A stretch of DNA of 64,000 nt from Balanoglossus misakiensis (Eukaryota > Animalia > Hemichordata): contig CM082580.2 of the NCBI GenBank assembly GCA_040954595.2, forward strand, positions 12,538,909-12,602,908. The letters are read 5' to 3'. The translations under genes were made by a program, and so were the position numbers. Below are positions 33,778-50,237 of the stretch, one piece after another. The notes beneath the pieces were generated by a model, which searched no databases, was not told the DNA's origin, and saw only the letters and a list, made by a program, of their open reading frames with translations. The stretch's first letter is position 1. Each line of letters opens with the position of its first letter.

Positions 33778-35459
33778 ATCGCACAAATTTACATTTTAAT
33801 CAGTTTGAAGCTCCTAGACTATAAAAGTTCAGCTTTGTTTTATGTGCCACATTTTTTTATCTTTACACCAATTTAAAAAAATGATTTCAGAAGAAAAATA
33901 ATCCCACCACCATTAAATACCAATTTTTACCTCAATTCAGTACAATCCCTTTGTTTTCAGTGACATTGCATTTTGGGGAGACATGCACACATGGAAATTG
34001 GATTAAAATGGTCAAAATTACTGGGTATGTTTGATGTTTCATCAGTTTGTACGGCCAGCAAACATTGATGACCTTGCACAAGTGTTTAAATCTTTTTTTA
34101 AATGACCTGTGGGAGTTCCTAAGAATACACTGAAAGGACCTTGAACTCTGTGAAAAACATGTACAGTCACCCTAGTGAAATTATTTTCTTTATAGGCATG
34201 TCTCCATTGTTGAGACACAGTCAGATTCTTTTTACCTGGCCAAATCAATCAGATTTTATGTATTACATTTGTATTTTTATGTTGTATGAGTGTGGAATTC
34301 TTTTTAAGTCTCTGTTTCTGTAGACTACCGTACAGTAACTGAAACTCTGTTTTCAATCAAACTTCGTGGTACACTTGACACACCTTGTGACCTTACAACA
34401 ATGTCCACTATGCTATATTTTTAAAACTTTGCCTTCTCTTTTCTATTTGAAATCGACACGAAAATAGCTTAGCTTTTGTAGTGTAAAGGTCATGACATGT
34501 TTTCATGTTTAACCAGTGTGACAATTGAGAAGTGTTCAATTCAAACTCTTCTTACATTTGATGTGAACCTTTCACCAAATAAAGGAAATATGTACATTTT
34601 AATTTAAAGATCATCACTATTTTCTTACGATTTAAAATTTGTTACAGTCTTTGCATCTTCACCTTTTATAAATATCACATTGTTTATATATACTGTCATC
34701 TTTTCTAAACCCGAGCATATCATAACTCATTTGAAAGATTTGTCATTTACTGCGAACCATACACGTTTTTGTGTCAGGTTACTAGACTGGCACAGTAAAT
34801 TACTGTGATTTGTACAAGATAAGATAACCATAGCAACAGGAATAAGCAGTTCTATTCATGCTAGAATTTGCGCAATAGATAAGTAAGGTAAGACAGTAAA
34901 TTTGAAATTGGGAAACGTGGTTTTAAATAGTTGGTAATAATTTATTCTTATAAACTTATGTCATGTTTGTTGATGTATGTACTAGTGTGTAAGTATCACC
35001 CTTTTATCACTGTAGTTTAGCCTTAAGTTATGTATAGGATGGTCCTAACTAGTTAACGAACAGAGGTGGTAGAGGTTTAAAGTTTACTTCTGTAGAAGTT
35101 AATCATTCAATTGTGTCTGACGAACAATTCTCAACAAGCTCTTCGGGTCAGCTCGTTGAGATGTTATTTCTACATTTAATTCATATCGTCCATTTATGCA
35201 AATGCACTGATGTCATTAAAAGTCAATAAAACCTATTTTTGAATGGTACAGATGGATTTGTTTGATTTCACCAAGCATGAATACTGACAATGGAATGTTT
35301 TTATCGGTTTATTCTTGCGGTGAAAAATAAGAACTCTGTGGAATCCTAAATACAAAATGCATGTACATCACACAAAACAATTTGGAAGTCCAGCCAGACA
35401 TGTGGGAGGAGTGGTTCCAGAGAGCACTGTTGTACGATTCTTTTTTGTTGCCATGGAAA

Positions 35460-38400
35460 CTACTGACCAACATTGTCAGCAGAGAAAATGCGAGGTTCGT
35501 AGGATGAGCTGTAGTTGCCAAAGGCACTGTTGTAGTTTGGCAGTCGGCTGACGGTCACGGCATCCGAGGGGATGAAAAATAATGGAACAAACGACACCTT
35601 GCCACTCAACCAACACTGTAAGCGAAAAAATACTGAAGTCACCCAACCTTGCATACTGTTGCATAAAGTTACTTGTGTATGTATGACCAGAAAATCCGAC
35701 AATAATTACGGAAATACAAGAAGTAAAGCCACTGACTGTATCTAAATAAGGCAATCAAGTCTTACTTACAATTGTTAGCATGGCACCTTTGTCGAAGTTT
35801 GGTTGGAAGCTTATCAGCTGTGGAATATCTCCTGGGTAACCTTTCACGAAACCACTGTGGAAAATAATTTGAGTGCGCTTATAAATATGAAAAAATATAA
35901 ACATGAAAAGCTTCACTGTCATTTATATTCTGTCACTGAACATGATTACTGGTACAGTTTTTTTAAGGGCAGTACCCAGAGGAAAATTTTGCTGGGGTTC
36001 CCTTAGGAATGGGTAAAAGAATTGTTACCAGGGTTACCAAATAATTTAGTACTTTCAAGCACATTGATGACCACAGATTTGAGCAAAGAACTTACCACGG
36101 CATAATTTCAAACACTGGTTTGAGTCTTGTTCTGAAGACTGCCACCAAGTGGCCAGAATTGCCTGAGTCTTTCCTTCCGGCAAATATGACAGCCAGTCTC
36201 TCTCCAGTGGGATCCCAGGCCATATCCTGAATTTCCCCACCGACACTGACAAAACGATATAGGGATGACCAGGTGATTAGTGATTTCAGCAGGAACATGA
36301 TGGCCATGAAGACAGGTAGGCTAGTTGTGGAGGTCATCATAGTATTTGACCCTATTGGTCACATGGACCTAATTTTTGGCATTCACTTAAACGAAACCCA
36401 TTTTACAGTTCATTCAAAGACTTTTAACATTCTGTTTGTAAACAGAGCAATACAAGCATGTTTTCCTCACCAGATATCAGATCCATCTTGTTCAAGACAA
36501 ATTTCTGACAAATCTGCACACTTTACTGCTGTTTTGGATCCGCCAATCAAGGCATTATTCTCGTGGAAAGACAAGGAATAGATGACCGGTTCCTCTGTGA
36601 CTGTAAATAGCACAAGATCTGCTTTTGGACTCCAGCAAGCCGACTGGCATCGTCCGGATACATTGGACCACCTTTCACACGACCAAGTCTGTGTTTCCCA
36701 CACTCTGCAAAAGACACCATTTTCCCCCTTATTTCTGGATTTCTTGCACGAATTAAATAATTAATTATTTTGTCATAGAATCTACAAAGGCCAGGTGAAA
36801 TACATGACAATACCTTCAGGTGTAATACTGTACTCTAAACTTGCCAAGTGATGAACAGTGAAGTATGTGCTGTGCACACTTGGGACCTACCTGAAAACTG
36901 AAGAGGGAGTCCCAGCAAACACTTTGGAACAATCAGGAGACCATCTCAGAAGCGAGACTCCACCACCACCAATACGGCGAAGAGCTACGCACGTCTCCAT
37001 GGCAACATTCCAAACCTATCAGATCGGGGCGAAAAATAAACTACTGTACACATGGCTACAGATCTGAGTACTTCATTGTCTTTTGATCATAAATGACATT
37101 AAACATCTTCATAATGGCAAAAAGGACCCAATTTTACAGTCAGAAACAAACAGAAATCATGAAGATTCTGTGACTGCATCTCAAAGACATTGGTGTTCCC
37201 AACTGTCACCAAATTGTCCCAAAACCTTCATAGCATCACTCACCATCATGGCAGTGTCTGTTGGTGATGCTGACAACAAGAGATCTCCGTCTGGATGCCA
37301 TGAAATCTGTGTGACTGGCGCATGGCCGTTCTGACTCAGCACCTGGACTGAACTAGTCGATGGTCTGCAAAAAATCCAATTCAACATCATTATGAGCTCA
37401 TGCACATTATCTTCGATAATATTTCCCCTTTGCACCTCTTCAAATATTACAATATTTCTGAATGTCTCTTCTTTACAAATATTTCTTGGTGATAAATGTC
37501 GTGAAAAGAAAAATGTTACAGACTTCACCATGTGATCTCCTTGTGTCTCTGCCAAGGGCACCTACCAGGATACAAACAATGCAAAGTTGTAGTTTCCATT
37601 CAAGGAGAGAAAAATCACCTACCTAGTTGACAGGGACGTTGGATCTATGTGCCATATGACTATGCATGTTTGACAGGCCACTGCAAGCACAGAGGCTGAT
37701 AACGGTTTCCATGCCAACATGGAGATACCTTTCTGTAGTTTGTGTTTGCATATTGGCATTATCTCACTGAAAAAGAACAAAAAAAGTGTAGCGTCTACAG
37801 CAAAACATGCCAATTCTTATGTTTTTAATCATTTTCGTTGGACTAGTAAAATCAACCTATAATCTCCGACATTTAGAGTGATCGTTTTGTATTCATTTAC
37901 CCTGTTAAACTCCTACCTTTTCACTGCATGTATTCTTATGCTGTCATTTTTACAAGCCACAGCCATCTTGGTTGTGTACGGGTGCCATGCGAATGATCTG
38001 ATCGGAGACTGGTACCAATCTTTTGTACTTGAAAATACGTCAACCATCTCCTCGTTTGACATCTACACGGGAAGAAAATGACAGCTTTGATTATGTTATG
38101 GCCGTGACTGCATCTTTCTTTCAAAGTCAATACATGGTTTAATAGGTCCAGAAATATACAAAATCTATCCAATAAGTTGTGTCACTTACCACTAAATGAG
38201 GAAATAGGGAACCATGTAAAGAGTTTCCCCATCTGACCATTGCTAGGCAACCACTGCATAGTGATGATAACCATGGTGATACTGAAAGTAACAGTTGAAT
38301 CAGCTTAGATTACAAATGTAGGAAGTTTTCTAGCCTAGCCAGAGAAATTTCTTGTGTTATATCAAATGAAAATTGTGAAATATCTATGTATTAATAACAT

Positions 38401-38648
38401 ACTGGTTTGCACCACTAGAAGTGTATCAGTAACTACGCACTAGCATACCTTCCGATTTGCTGCTGGCAACCTCTTCCAGGACTCCAGTCAGACCATGTTC
38501 ATACCACGCACTCATGCATCTTTTCCACACAGTTTCACAGTGTGGTAGAAATGCAGACTTGGCACTGAACTGTGATGATGATGGTCGCAGACTTTCTGGT
38601 GTTACGTCTATTTTGGGATAATTTACTTTCTGCAATGAACATGATTTG

Positions 38649-38690
<42 letters not shown>

Positions 38691-38909
38691 GTCACCATCA
38701 TCATCATCATCACCACCACTACCACCACTCTTTCAAAGGCAAAGGGACTAATACGGGCTGACAGTCCGTTTGCACTTTACCTGAGCACTGCGCATGTAAA
38801 CACTGGCATCTTCTTCGCCAGCTCTGCTGTGTATAAACTCACTGTGTAATTCGCACACGGTTACATAGTTCTCAGGGGGTGGCGCACCAAATGTACTTAG
38901 CAGAGACAT
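35460..38909 (-). CDS. AAAS: Aladin, WD40-repeat nucleoporin
   Basis: Exons 38909-38781, 38629-38449, 38281-38190, 38062-37917, 37766-37623, 37364-37244, 37015-36891, 36704-36471, 36245-36096, 35854-35770, 35615-35460 (TAG). Motifs include [80 protein letters not shown] and [12 protein letters not shown]. An acceptor just upstream of the ATG (38921-38923) implies a non-coding first exon. Confidence 0.94.
38649..38728. repeat. (ATC)n/(ACC)n microsatellite in an AAAS intron
   Basis: Directly visible. Confidence 0.95.
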
Positions 38910-38929
38910 GATGAATCCCCCTGCAAAAT

Positions 38930-39626
38930 GATAAAAGAAATTACAGTTATCGTTCCAGTGCTTTGCTGGTAGCCCTGCCACTCCCACCAGACTCCCTTGG
39001 CTGTTGGGGGGGGGGGGGGGGTGGCACGACGGGGTTACGATCCCCGGCAATCTCCATGGCTACACATGTACAAGTCATTCATTGCAAAGTGGTCCAGTTA
39101 CCCGGAAGCTGTATGCCTGAAACATTTAGAGGATATGTTCCTATATGTGATCATAGGTATCTACATATGCGTGCATAAACCGAACGGTGTCAGAGATTAG
39201 AAATACGAGTGTGATTAATTTAAAGTGAAAGCGTTTACCGTAATATTAAACTATAACTCTCACACTACTTCTGCAAGTGGATGGAAACCTCTTATATTCT
39301 AATATGGCGGGTTTCTGATTGCACATGCGCGACGACACGTTTTGACCTTATTTGTTTACATTTTTGCAAATTACACGTGGGAAGTTGCCGCCCCTTTTTA
39401 TTTTCTGCTATATACTGCGGGTAAACAGAGTCCACGTTTCTGAATTCAAATACATTTTTACAGTGACCATTGCGCCACAAATCTTGGTTTTATTTTCAGT
39501 CGATTAAAACCTAAACCCATAACCCGGAAGTGAAATGCGCACTTAAGTTGACCCGTCAACATAAAGTGGGAAGCACATCCTTCATCGTCGAAGAGCATAG
39601 ATGCAAAAATGCATGCATCGCTGACC
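38930..39626. promoter_or_regulatory. Probable bidirectional promoter between AAAS and CYP20A1
   Basis: The ATGs are head-to-head and ~720 bp apart. ETS/GABP-type CCGGAAGTG at 39524-39532, YY1-like AATATGGCGG at 39301-39310 and NRF1-like GCACATGCGC at 39321-39330. Confidence 0.5.
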
Positions 39627-43090
<3,464 letters not shown>

Positions 43091-43945
43091 GTGTGCCAAT
43101 CCCAGTAGTACTCGTAACTTAAATTTCAATGAATGACTGTATCTGTATTTAAATAGAAATTTTAGACGTTCAAAATGTCTTTAAGGTACATATGCCAATA
43201 CACAGTGGTAAGATAATAAGTATTCTAGTGACCCTGCTTATAGGCACACATTTTGTGTGGCCCATCCACTGTGGTTGTCATTCACTTTTGCATGGTAACT
43301 GTGGCCAACGTTGCACAGGTAACCATGTACCTTCATTAATGAACTATAGACAGTAACATGGCTGCCTTTTGTACCGGCAGTTTTTAGCTAGCAAGCAGCC
43401 AAATCAAACACTCATTGCAGTGGCTATAATAATAAATCTGTTATGTATTTTTGATTTTGTTTATTATTTGTATTGGGCATATGGTCTGTGTTGAAATCCG
43501 TAGATACTCACACATCACGGAAGTAATGTTTCCTGTAGGGAATATGACAGTAACTTGTTGGAGAGTCTACATTGACACAAAATCATGTACTTGTAACAAA
43601 ATATGTTTTTCTGTGTTGACTAGGCTGATGTAAAGTCCCTAAACTGTGTAAGTTAATTCTCATCATGTGTATAAATTGCAAGCCAATGTGGACTTGTTTA
43701 CCAGTTCACTGCTGTATTAATGTGTAAAACCTGCCTGATTGATACACAATAAACTGTCTGGAGTGGACATAGAAACATTGCAATATGGTTCTTGAGACTG
43801 ATGTTTGTAATATTGTACCTTTGCAAAAATCAGAAGTCGATGATATATAGTTTATATGTTTCTTCCATTGGGTCCCCATCAAAACTCTGTTGACCTTTAG
43901 TTTCTTTCAACAAAAACAGTTGCATTGTTTTAGAAAAGTATATCA

Positions 43946-44158
43946 GTGTGCAACTGCATGCATATTCGGTGTAAATTTGTACTTTGGGGTCAGCACGTGC
44001 GTGGCACAGCGTGTGGTTCACGACGTCCTAATATTAAGAAATCTGTGACAGCTGACACCACTGATCTCGAGTGGGCTGTTCTGCACATGCGTGCACCGAT
44101 GTATAAAACGTGTCGATAGGGTGACTGACTTCAATGCTTAGTATACTACGTGCGTGCA
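43946..44158 (+). promoter_or_regulatory. Probable ZIP copy 1 promoter: TATA box flanked by three MRE cores
   Basis: TATAAAA at 44102-44108. Reverse-strand TGCRCNC cores at 43946-43952 (TGCACAC), 44089-44095 (TGCACGC) and 44152-44158 (TGCACGC). Confidence 0.5.
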
Positions 44159-44195
44159 GTATAGTATGCGTGTACATGTAAACAACAGGCTGATC

Positions 44196-47100
44196 ATGGC
44201 GATGCGTCCGTTTTGTCTCTATTTATTGGCCCTTTCTTTCTGCCCCGTGGTGAAAGCCACTGCCTCACAGGTTCAAGTTGATGTTCTTGACGCACTCGAC
44301 CAAGTTCGATTGCCCACACCAGAGGTTTTCCTTGACGATCTCGTTCACGAGTACGGAAGTGGTGGAAAACTGTCCGTTGATGAGTTGGAAAACCTCTTGG
44401 TGAAGTTGAATGTTGGGGGAATTCGGAGGAAGACAGCGATCGCGGCAGTCGATGATCAGTCAGGCTTCAACGTACAGAATCAACGGGAGGCCACATTGCA
44501 GTCGCAGAGTCAGGTGATGCGAGTGGCCGATGCTTCAAGGAGAGAAAAGTCACTTGAAATGAGTAAACAGGTTAGTGGCTTTCATTGTTGACATTGACCA
44601 GTTAGTAAAACTTTTGACGGACAATTTCGTTAGGATAGTGTGTACGTTCTTACACATACAGTACTTGTTCACGTTGTTGTGCCAGTTGTAAATGTTTTCA
44701 GTGACAATCATGCATCTATACTTGTTTAGTTTTAGTCGCGTGAACCGCGCCCGGGCCACGATCATCAGATGATGTGATGACCTGAATTTTACGTGGCCGG
44801 CTAGGTGGCCTACATTATTTGCATACAATAAGATGTAAAATGAACTTTGCGTTACACTTGCTGAATCAAAATAAAGTCACCAAATAATGCATTTTTTTAC
44901 CGCGATTTAATCTCCGTGTCATATTCCCCATTGATCAATAGTTAATTACTGGGTAGCAGAAGTATTACCATGACAACCGTTGCCAAATCCTCCCGAACAA
45001 TAGCAAAGAACACTGCCCTGCATGAACCAGCTGTTATTAGCTCTGATTGGTTGTTATCTATACCCATTCATTTCACACAAAAGCACTGATTGGCTGACCC
45101 CATTTCCCCAGAAAGTATGAAACAAAAAGCCAGATTTAATTTATATTAGCCAATTCACACCATGTAAATTAATCACTTGACAGCAGGGTGTCCTTAATAA
45201 CATTATCAGTTTGCTATATTCATGAAATTTTCAATAGGAAAACACTTATGGTTCTGTTGATGATGGGGAATTAAAAGTGTGAATGGGTTTTATTTTCCCA
45301 TGAGATTGGTTACAGGTCATCCATGATATTCCCTTCAGGTAGCCGTATGGATTGTGTCCTCACACCACAATTTAATCACAAAATTTTAATAAGAGTCTTA
45401 TATTAATCAGTGGGATTTGAAATGACTTGGATAGAATGAATGTCTATTGGGACTGGACTTTGCTTGGAGACTCCTCTCACACAGAGCTGACACAGATCAC
45501 TTCACTTTGTTCTGTGGTGTAAATCCAGTGTGGTTGACAGATGCCTTGTTTTTTCACATGTCTAGACGCATTTAGTCAGGTTGAATGCCTTAAACAATTG
45601 CATTCGTAGTTGGCATTGTGACTTGTCATGTAGTTACATGTATTCTGTTTTCTTTCATGATGCAATTTAGCGTGTATGAAGATGTTGATTTTCATCGTGT
45701 TCAAGGTGCCTGCTTTTAACCTTTGTCAACGACAATGCATCATAAATAAACTATATTTGCTCAGTGTCATTTCATGAAAGTAGACCTTGACATCCTGATT
45801 GTAGTGACTACATGTACTGACTTGGCGACTTCCCTTGACTAATTTGGCACCCAGAACAGTAATTTAAATTATTAAGTAGATTATGCTTGTAAGTATTAAT
45901 CTTGTTTCTTAGTGCCTTTACAGAATGTAATACTAGTACAATCTCTTGTCTTTTGCAGTGTTATTCTACCTCCGAAATTATGCAAATCCACAACCTGGAG
46001 CCTACTTCTGAAGTTGACCAAAAAAAGATGTCAGAGATGTGCCCCGTTATCCTCCAACAAATTGGAATGGGGTGTGGCAGTGATGGGGGCTGGGAGGAGG
46101 AGGAGGAGGAGGAGGCAAGATTGGATGGTGACGAGAGCGCTGGGGAGGAAATTCTCATGTTTGAAGACGTGTGGCTGCGCAGAGTGCTACGGAGTACAGA
46201 GAACAACACCGATGACGACACAAGCCCCACAACGGCTCAAGGTAAGCGTGTGCTGACAGAGCTGCCGGTCAAAGTACTGATTATTCAGCCGTTTTTAGGT
46301 CAGCATCAGATTGAAATATGCCTCACTGTATAGTGATACACTTTAGGCCCTACACTGTACCACTTGAACTACTTTCAAGTCGAAGTGACCTATTTGATAG
46401 CGGGCCAAATAAGTACATGTGGGAGAACGCATACATATGATTGTGCGTATTTCTATGGCCGTTTCATGCATGCTCTTTTGTTTGTACCAGAGTGTTTTTG
46501 GCTTGTTTGAATTCCGCGGTTTCACAGACAAGGGGGGTGAAATGATGGAGTTGGATGGTGTGGGACGATTTGGGTGTTCATATTCATTGCCCTCCATTTT
46601 TTTGCAGGTTGTATATAATATATAACTGAGAATGATTAACTTCATTTTGTGTGTTTCTCTCCTCAGTCTGGGGTTATAGTTTTGTCTGTGTGACCATAAT
46701 CAACCTGTGTTCTCTGGTGGGTGTTCTGGTGGTACCATTTATGAATAAGAAGTACTACCAAACCATATTGATGTTTTTGATCTGCCTCGCTGTCGGGACC
46801 CTGTCTGGTAGCTCGCTGCTCCATCTTTTACCCGAGGTAAGTTTTTCGAAAAGGATTGGGGAAAAATTTTCAGTGCATTGGTGTTCATGTGATGTTGAAA
46901 TATATTGTTGCTATGATTTCCTTATAACCATTTTGAAACTGAGGATATTCATTTTCAGCATTATAAGTATTAATAATATTTTTATACAATCTCTGGAATT
47001 CAGCCTTGACTGTGCTGTTTACTCTCATTGATTGTCAGGCACATGGTTTGACTCCTGATCTAGAGTATCTGCTGAAGAATTTGACAGTTATCGGTGGAAT

Positions 47101-47589
47101 CTATCTCTTCTTTCTGACGGAAAAAATTCTGAAGATTTTCATTGTGAGGAAAAAGGTAAGATATACAAATGTTATTAGGAGCTTTAGATTTTTTGGGGGT
47201 ATATATTCACATATTTTGTTGAACGAAAATTTTGAAGCTGTATGCTGTTACCCTCATGGCCATGCGGTCAATACGTGTGGATGTACATCTGCCCATGTGC
47301 TAAGCACTATGTGGATATCAAAGACACAGTAGACATAGCTTCTAAGAGAAACTTGACGATGGTAATTTTCTCATAATAACATTGCCAGCAGAGACCGTGT
47401 TCTCAACACCAGCATTTTACTTCTGCTTGTCTCTAATGTCTTTTTCACATCTTGCAGAGGCTGGCGGACGAGAAGGCCAAAGAAAACTCTGGCGGGGAAG
47501 CTCCGGACATCATGCCGATTTGTTCGATAACAGCAAAGCCAGGCCATGGTGAGCATCGCATTATAGAGCCCGTTGAATTAGCAGCAGAG

Positions 47590-47624
<35 letters not shown>

Positions 47625-48861
47625 CGAAAATGAGAATCATGATAAACCCAAGTGCATTGATGGGAGTGAAGAGAGTGGAGTTGTGCTCGTGGTGGATGAG
47701 AATGGAACTCGGGTATTTGAAACTCCTCTTCAGGTGAGTAAAAAGGTTGGAGGGGGGGGGGGGGGGAAGCAGAATGAAAGAGATTGTGTTGAACAATTAT
47801 TTGGGAAAAAAATACAAAATAATGAATAAGTTGGAGTGCTTCAGATATACCTCATGTGCATGTAGCACTGTGTGATAATATACACTTTTAAATCATGACA
47901 ATTGCAGGAAAAGGATCTCAACGGAGAAAACCAAGATAACGGAACTATCAACAACATGCATGAACATAAGGCCTGCGCCCACACGGTGCTTGCAGAGGAT
48001 CAAAGTATTGCCACAGTGGCGTACATGGTCATCTTCGGCGACGGTCTGCACAACTTCATTGATGGATTGACCATCGGTGCAGCATTCACCGTCTCTGTGT
48101 TGGGTGGGATTAGTATATGCATTGCTATCCTGTGCGAGGAGTTCCCTCATGAACTGGGTAAGTAAGAACTCAGTCCTTACGTGGTTGCGTTTTGTTTATA
48201 CATTTAAATCCTATTTTTATACACCATCCTTCATTACTCGTAAATTGTGAGCAAAAATTGGACCAATTAGTATTGTCTGTTGACATCTGTTGGCTATCAT
48301 GTTTATTCAACCATTTTTGTTTGACTCCAACTTGCAGGGGATTTTGCCATCCTGTTGAATGCTGGGATGTCAGTGAAGAGAGCGCTGTGCTACAATTTCC
48401 TGTCGGCTTGTATGTGTTATCTGGGTGTGGTGTGTGGTATTTTGTTGGCTGAACACACAGAGGGGGCTGAGTGGATCTTTGCCATTGCCGCTGGCATGTT
48501 CTTGTATATCTCCCTTGTTGACATGGTAAGTTTTGTAGGCATTGCTGAACGCACACTCCGTGTAGTTTTGGAACTTTAAATGTCTTGGATGGATGACAAA
48601 AATAACGTCAGGGGACAGGATTTGTCCAGTGTTTCTCCTGGCAAGAGGTCCCTGACCCGTTGGTGAAATAATTTAAAGAAACCAATGATGATGTTTCTGT
48701 TCTCTTCACAGTTGCCTGAAATCAACACTGTAGAAGAAAGAGAAACCAACATGTCTGGTGCAGCACAAGCAAAGATATTTCTTGTTCAGAACCTGGGTTT
48801 GCTGACCGGATGGGCTGCCATGTTGGTGCTGGGAGTCTTTGAGACTCACATTGTTCTATAA
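44196..48861 (+). CDS. LIV-1 subfamily metal importer, ZIP8/ZIP14-like (SLC39A8/14), copy 1
   Basis: Exons 44196-44570, 45959-46241, 46667-46836, 47039-47155, 47458-47733, 47908-48157, 48338-48525, 48712-48861 (TAA). Signal peptide, CPVILQQ (PAL-like), TM1 [12 protein letters not shown], a His12 cytoplasmic loop, [10 protein letters not shown] (TM4) and [11 protein letters not shown] (TM5). EEXPHE in place of HEXPHE is the ZIP8/ZIP14 signature. Confidence 0.93.
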
Positions 48862-49778
48862 AACCAAATAAGGGAGTGGGGTTGTTGAAATAAACCCCTC
48901 CCCTGCCACTCTGTACACCCCTTCTCAATAGTGTTATGTTCTGCGAGTAGTTGTTTTCAGAAATAATGTTTTTATCACAGGGTGCTATGAGGGGAAAAAT
49001 ATAATTTTTGCAAGAATACTTATTGTACTGATCAGAAGACAAGCTGACAATGATTAGTTTTTTATCAGTAAACACAAATCATTCTCAGTGAAATGTTTTT
49101 TGCATAGTTGCTATGGCAACTTTTGCTACCATGGTAGTCCCAGCAATCACTGCCATATAAAAATTCATATCAATTTCGGCAGTTTTGATCCCCCTGGCAA
49201 TTTCAACTGACATTCCATTTCAATACAGTTTTTCAAGGCTGGGTATGATGACTATACAATTTGTGCAGATACGGCAAGCAATTTATTTTTGCATTACATT
49301 TTGTGTATGCGGTTCAACAGGGCAAATACATGTAGTTTACTGGAGATTTCGTTTTATGAAAATGGGAATAGTCAGTGCTTGAAGAGTACTGCCTTCTAAG
49401 TGCCATTACTCTTCATGTCCATTAATTTTTTTTACATGCTATTTGCTTTAATACGACAAAAATCCAGTTTATCTTTTGCAATGGTGGCTAGGAATCAAAT
49501 TAGGGGTCAAGGAACCATTAATGTTCTGGGGGGGGGGGCAGTGGATGATTAAAGCAGGAGCAAGACACATGAATATTTTTTCTAAGGCAATATGGCTTAC
49601 TGATGGGAATCTAAAATTTATCTTCAAAGGTTTTAATTTGGGGCGAGCAGTATGCGAAAATATGTGTCCTTTTGACTGAGAAATGACTGACCCTTTGTTG
49701 GCAGACTGAAAATAAGAGTCTCTGAGTCTCTGCCAAACCTTGATTTCTCTCTTTTTGTGCTGTCAGCCATTGAAGGCT

Positions 49779-49809
49779 GTGCAGTCAAATTCAGTGCAAT
49801 TTACTGCAT
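49779..49809 (+). promoter_or_regulatory. Canonical iron-responsive element (IRE) hairpin in the probable 3' UTR of ZIP copy 1
   Basis: G-TGCAGT-C-AAATT-CAGTGC-AATTT-ACTGCA-T: 6-bp Watson-Crick lower stem plus a G-U pair, unpaired C at 49786, 5-bp upper stem, CAGUGC hexaloop. Sense strand, ~920 nt after the stop codon. Confidence 0.75.
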
Positions 49810-49997
49810 TTACATTTTTTTTTATTTTTAAAAGAAACGAAAAACAATTTATGTGCCTTATGAGTATTATCTTACTCATTCCCCATCGTATCTCAACCAG
49901 ACACGTCTGATAAATTATATATGTATTCATAGGTATATATATATTTTTTATGAAATATCAATCAGTCTTTTTATATGCCCTTGTTTTGTGATCAGGG

Positions 49998-50237
49998 GCA
50001 GTGAAACTCAGTGAAGTTTACTGTGCATCAAATGTACATTTTATTTAAAAACCACACCACAAAGTTGTACTTTTTGTGTGTTTTGCCATTCAAGTTGATT
50101 TTATTAATTGAAGTAATTACGATTGATATTCTGTACATACGGTGAATCTCAGGGAAGATTACTGTCAGATATTTGTATGATCATTCGTTGGAGTTGTCAT
50201 CACTCGCTCACTAGAGCAGTGAAACTCAGTTTACTGT
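49998..50237 (+). promoter_or_regulatory. Two degenerate IRE-like sister hairpins
   Basis: 49998-50024 GCAGT-G-AAACT-CAGTGA-AGTTT-ACTGT has the same geometry and loop type but a G bulge. 50216-50237 GCAGTGAAACT-C-AGTTTACTGT has the same stem with most of the loop deleted. Confidence 0.5.

Noticed and set aside
43289-43329. Imperfect hairpin in the CYP20A1 3' UTR (possible SECIS or other RNA element)
   Set aside because: There is no in-frame TGA in CYP20A1, no SECIS core motif, and no known element matches it.
49070-49100. Additional CAGTGA loop in the ZIP copy 1 3' region (CATTCTCAGTGAAATGT)
   Set aside because: The upper stem has two mismatches, so it does not meet IRE geometry. Other CAGTG hits (near 24894, 30688, 57562, 57681) also fail.
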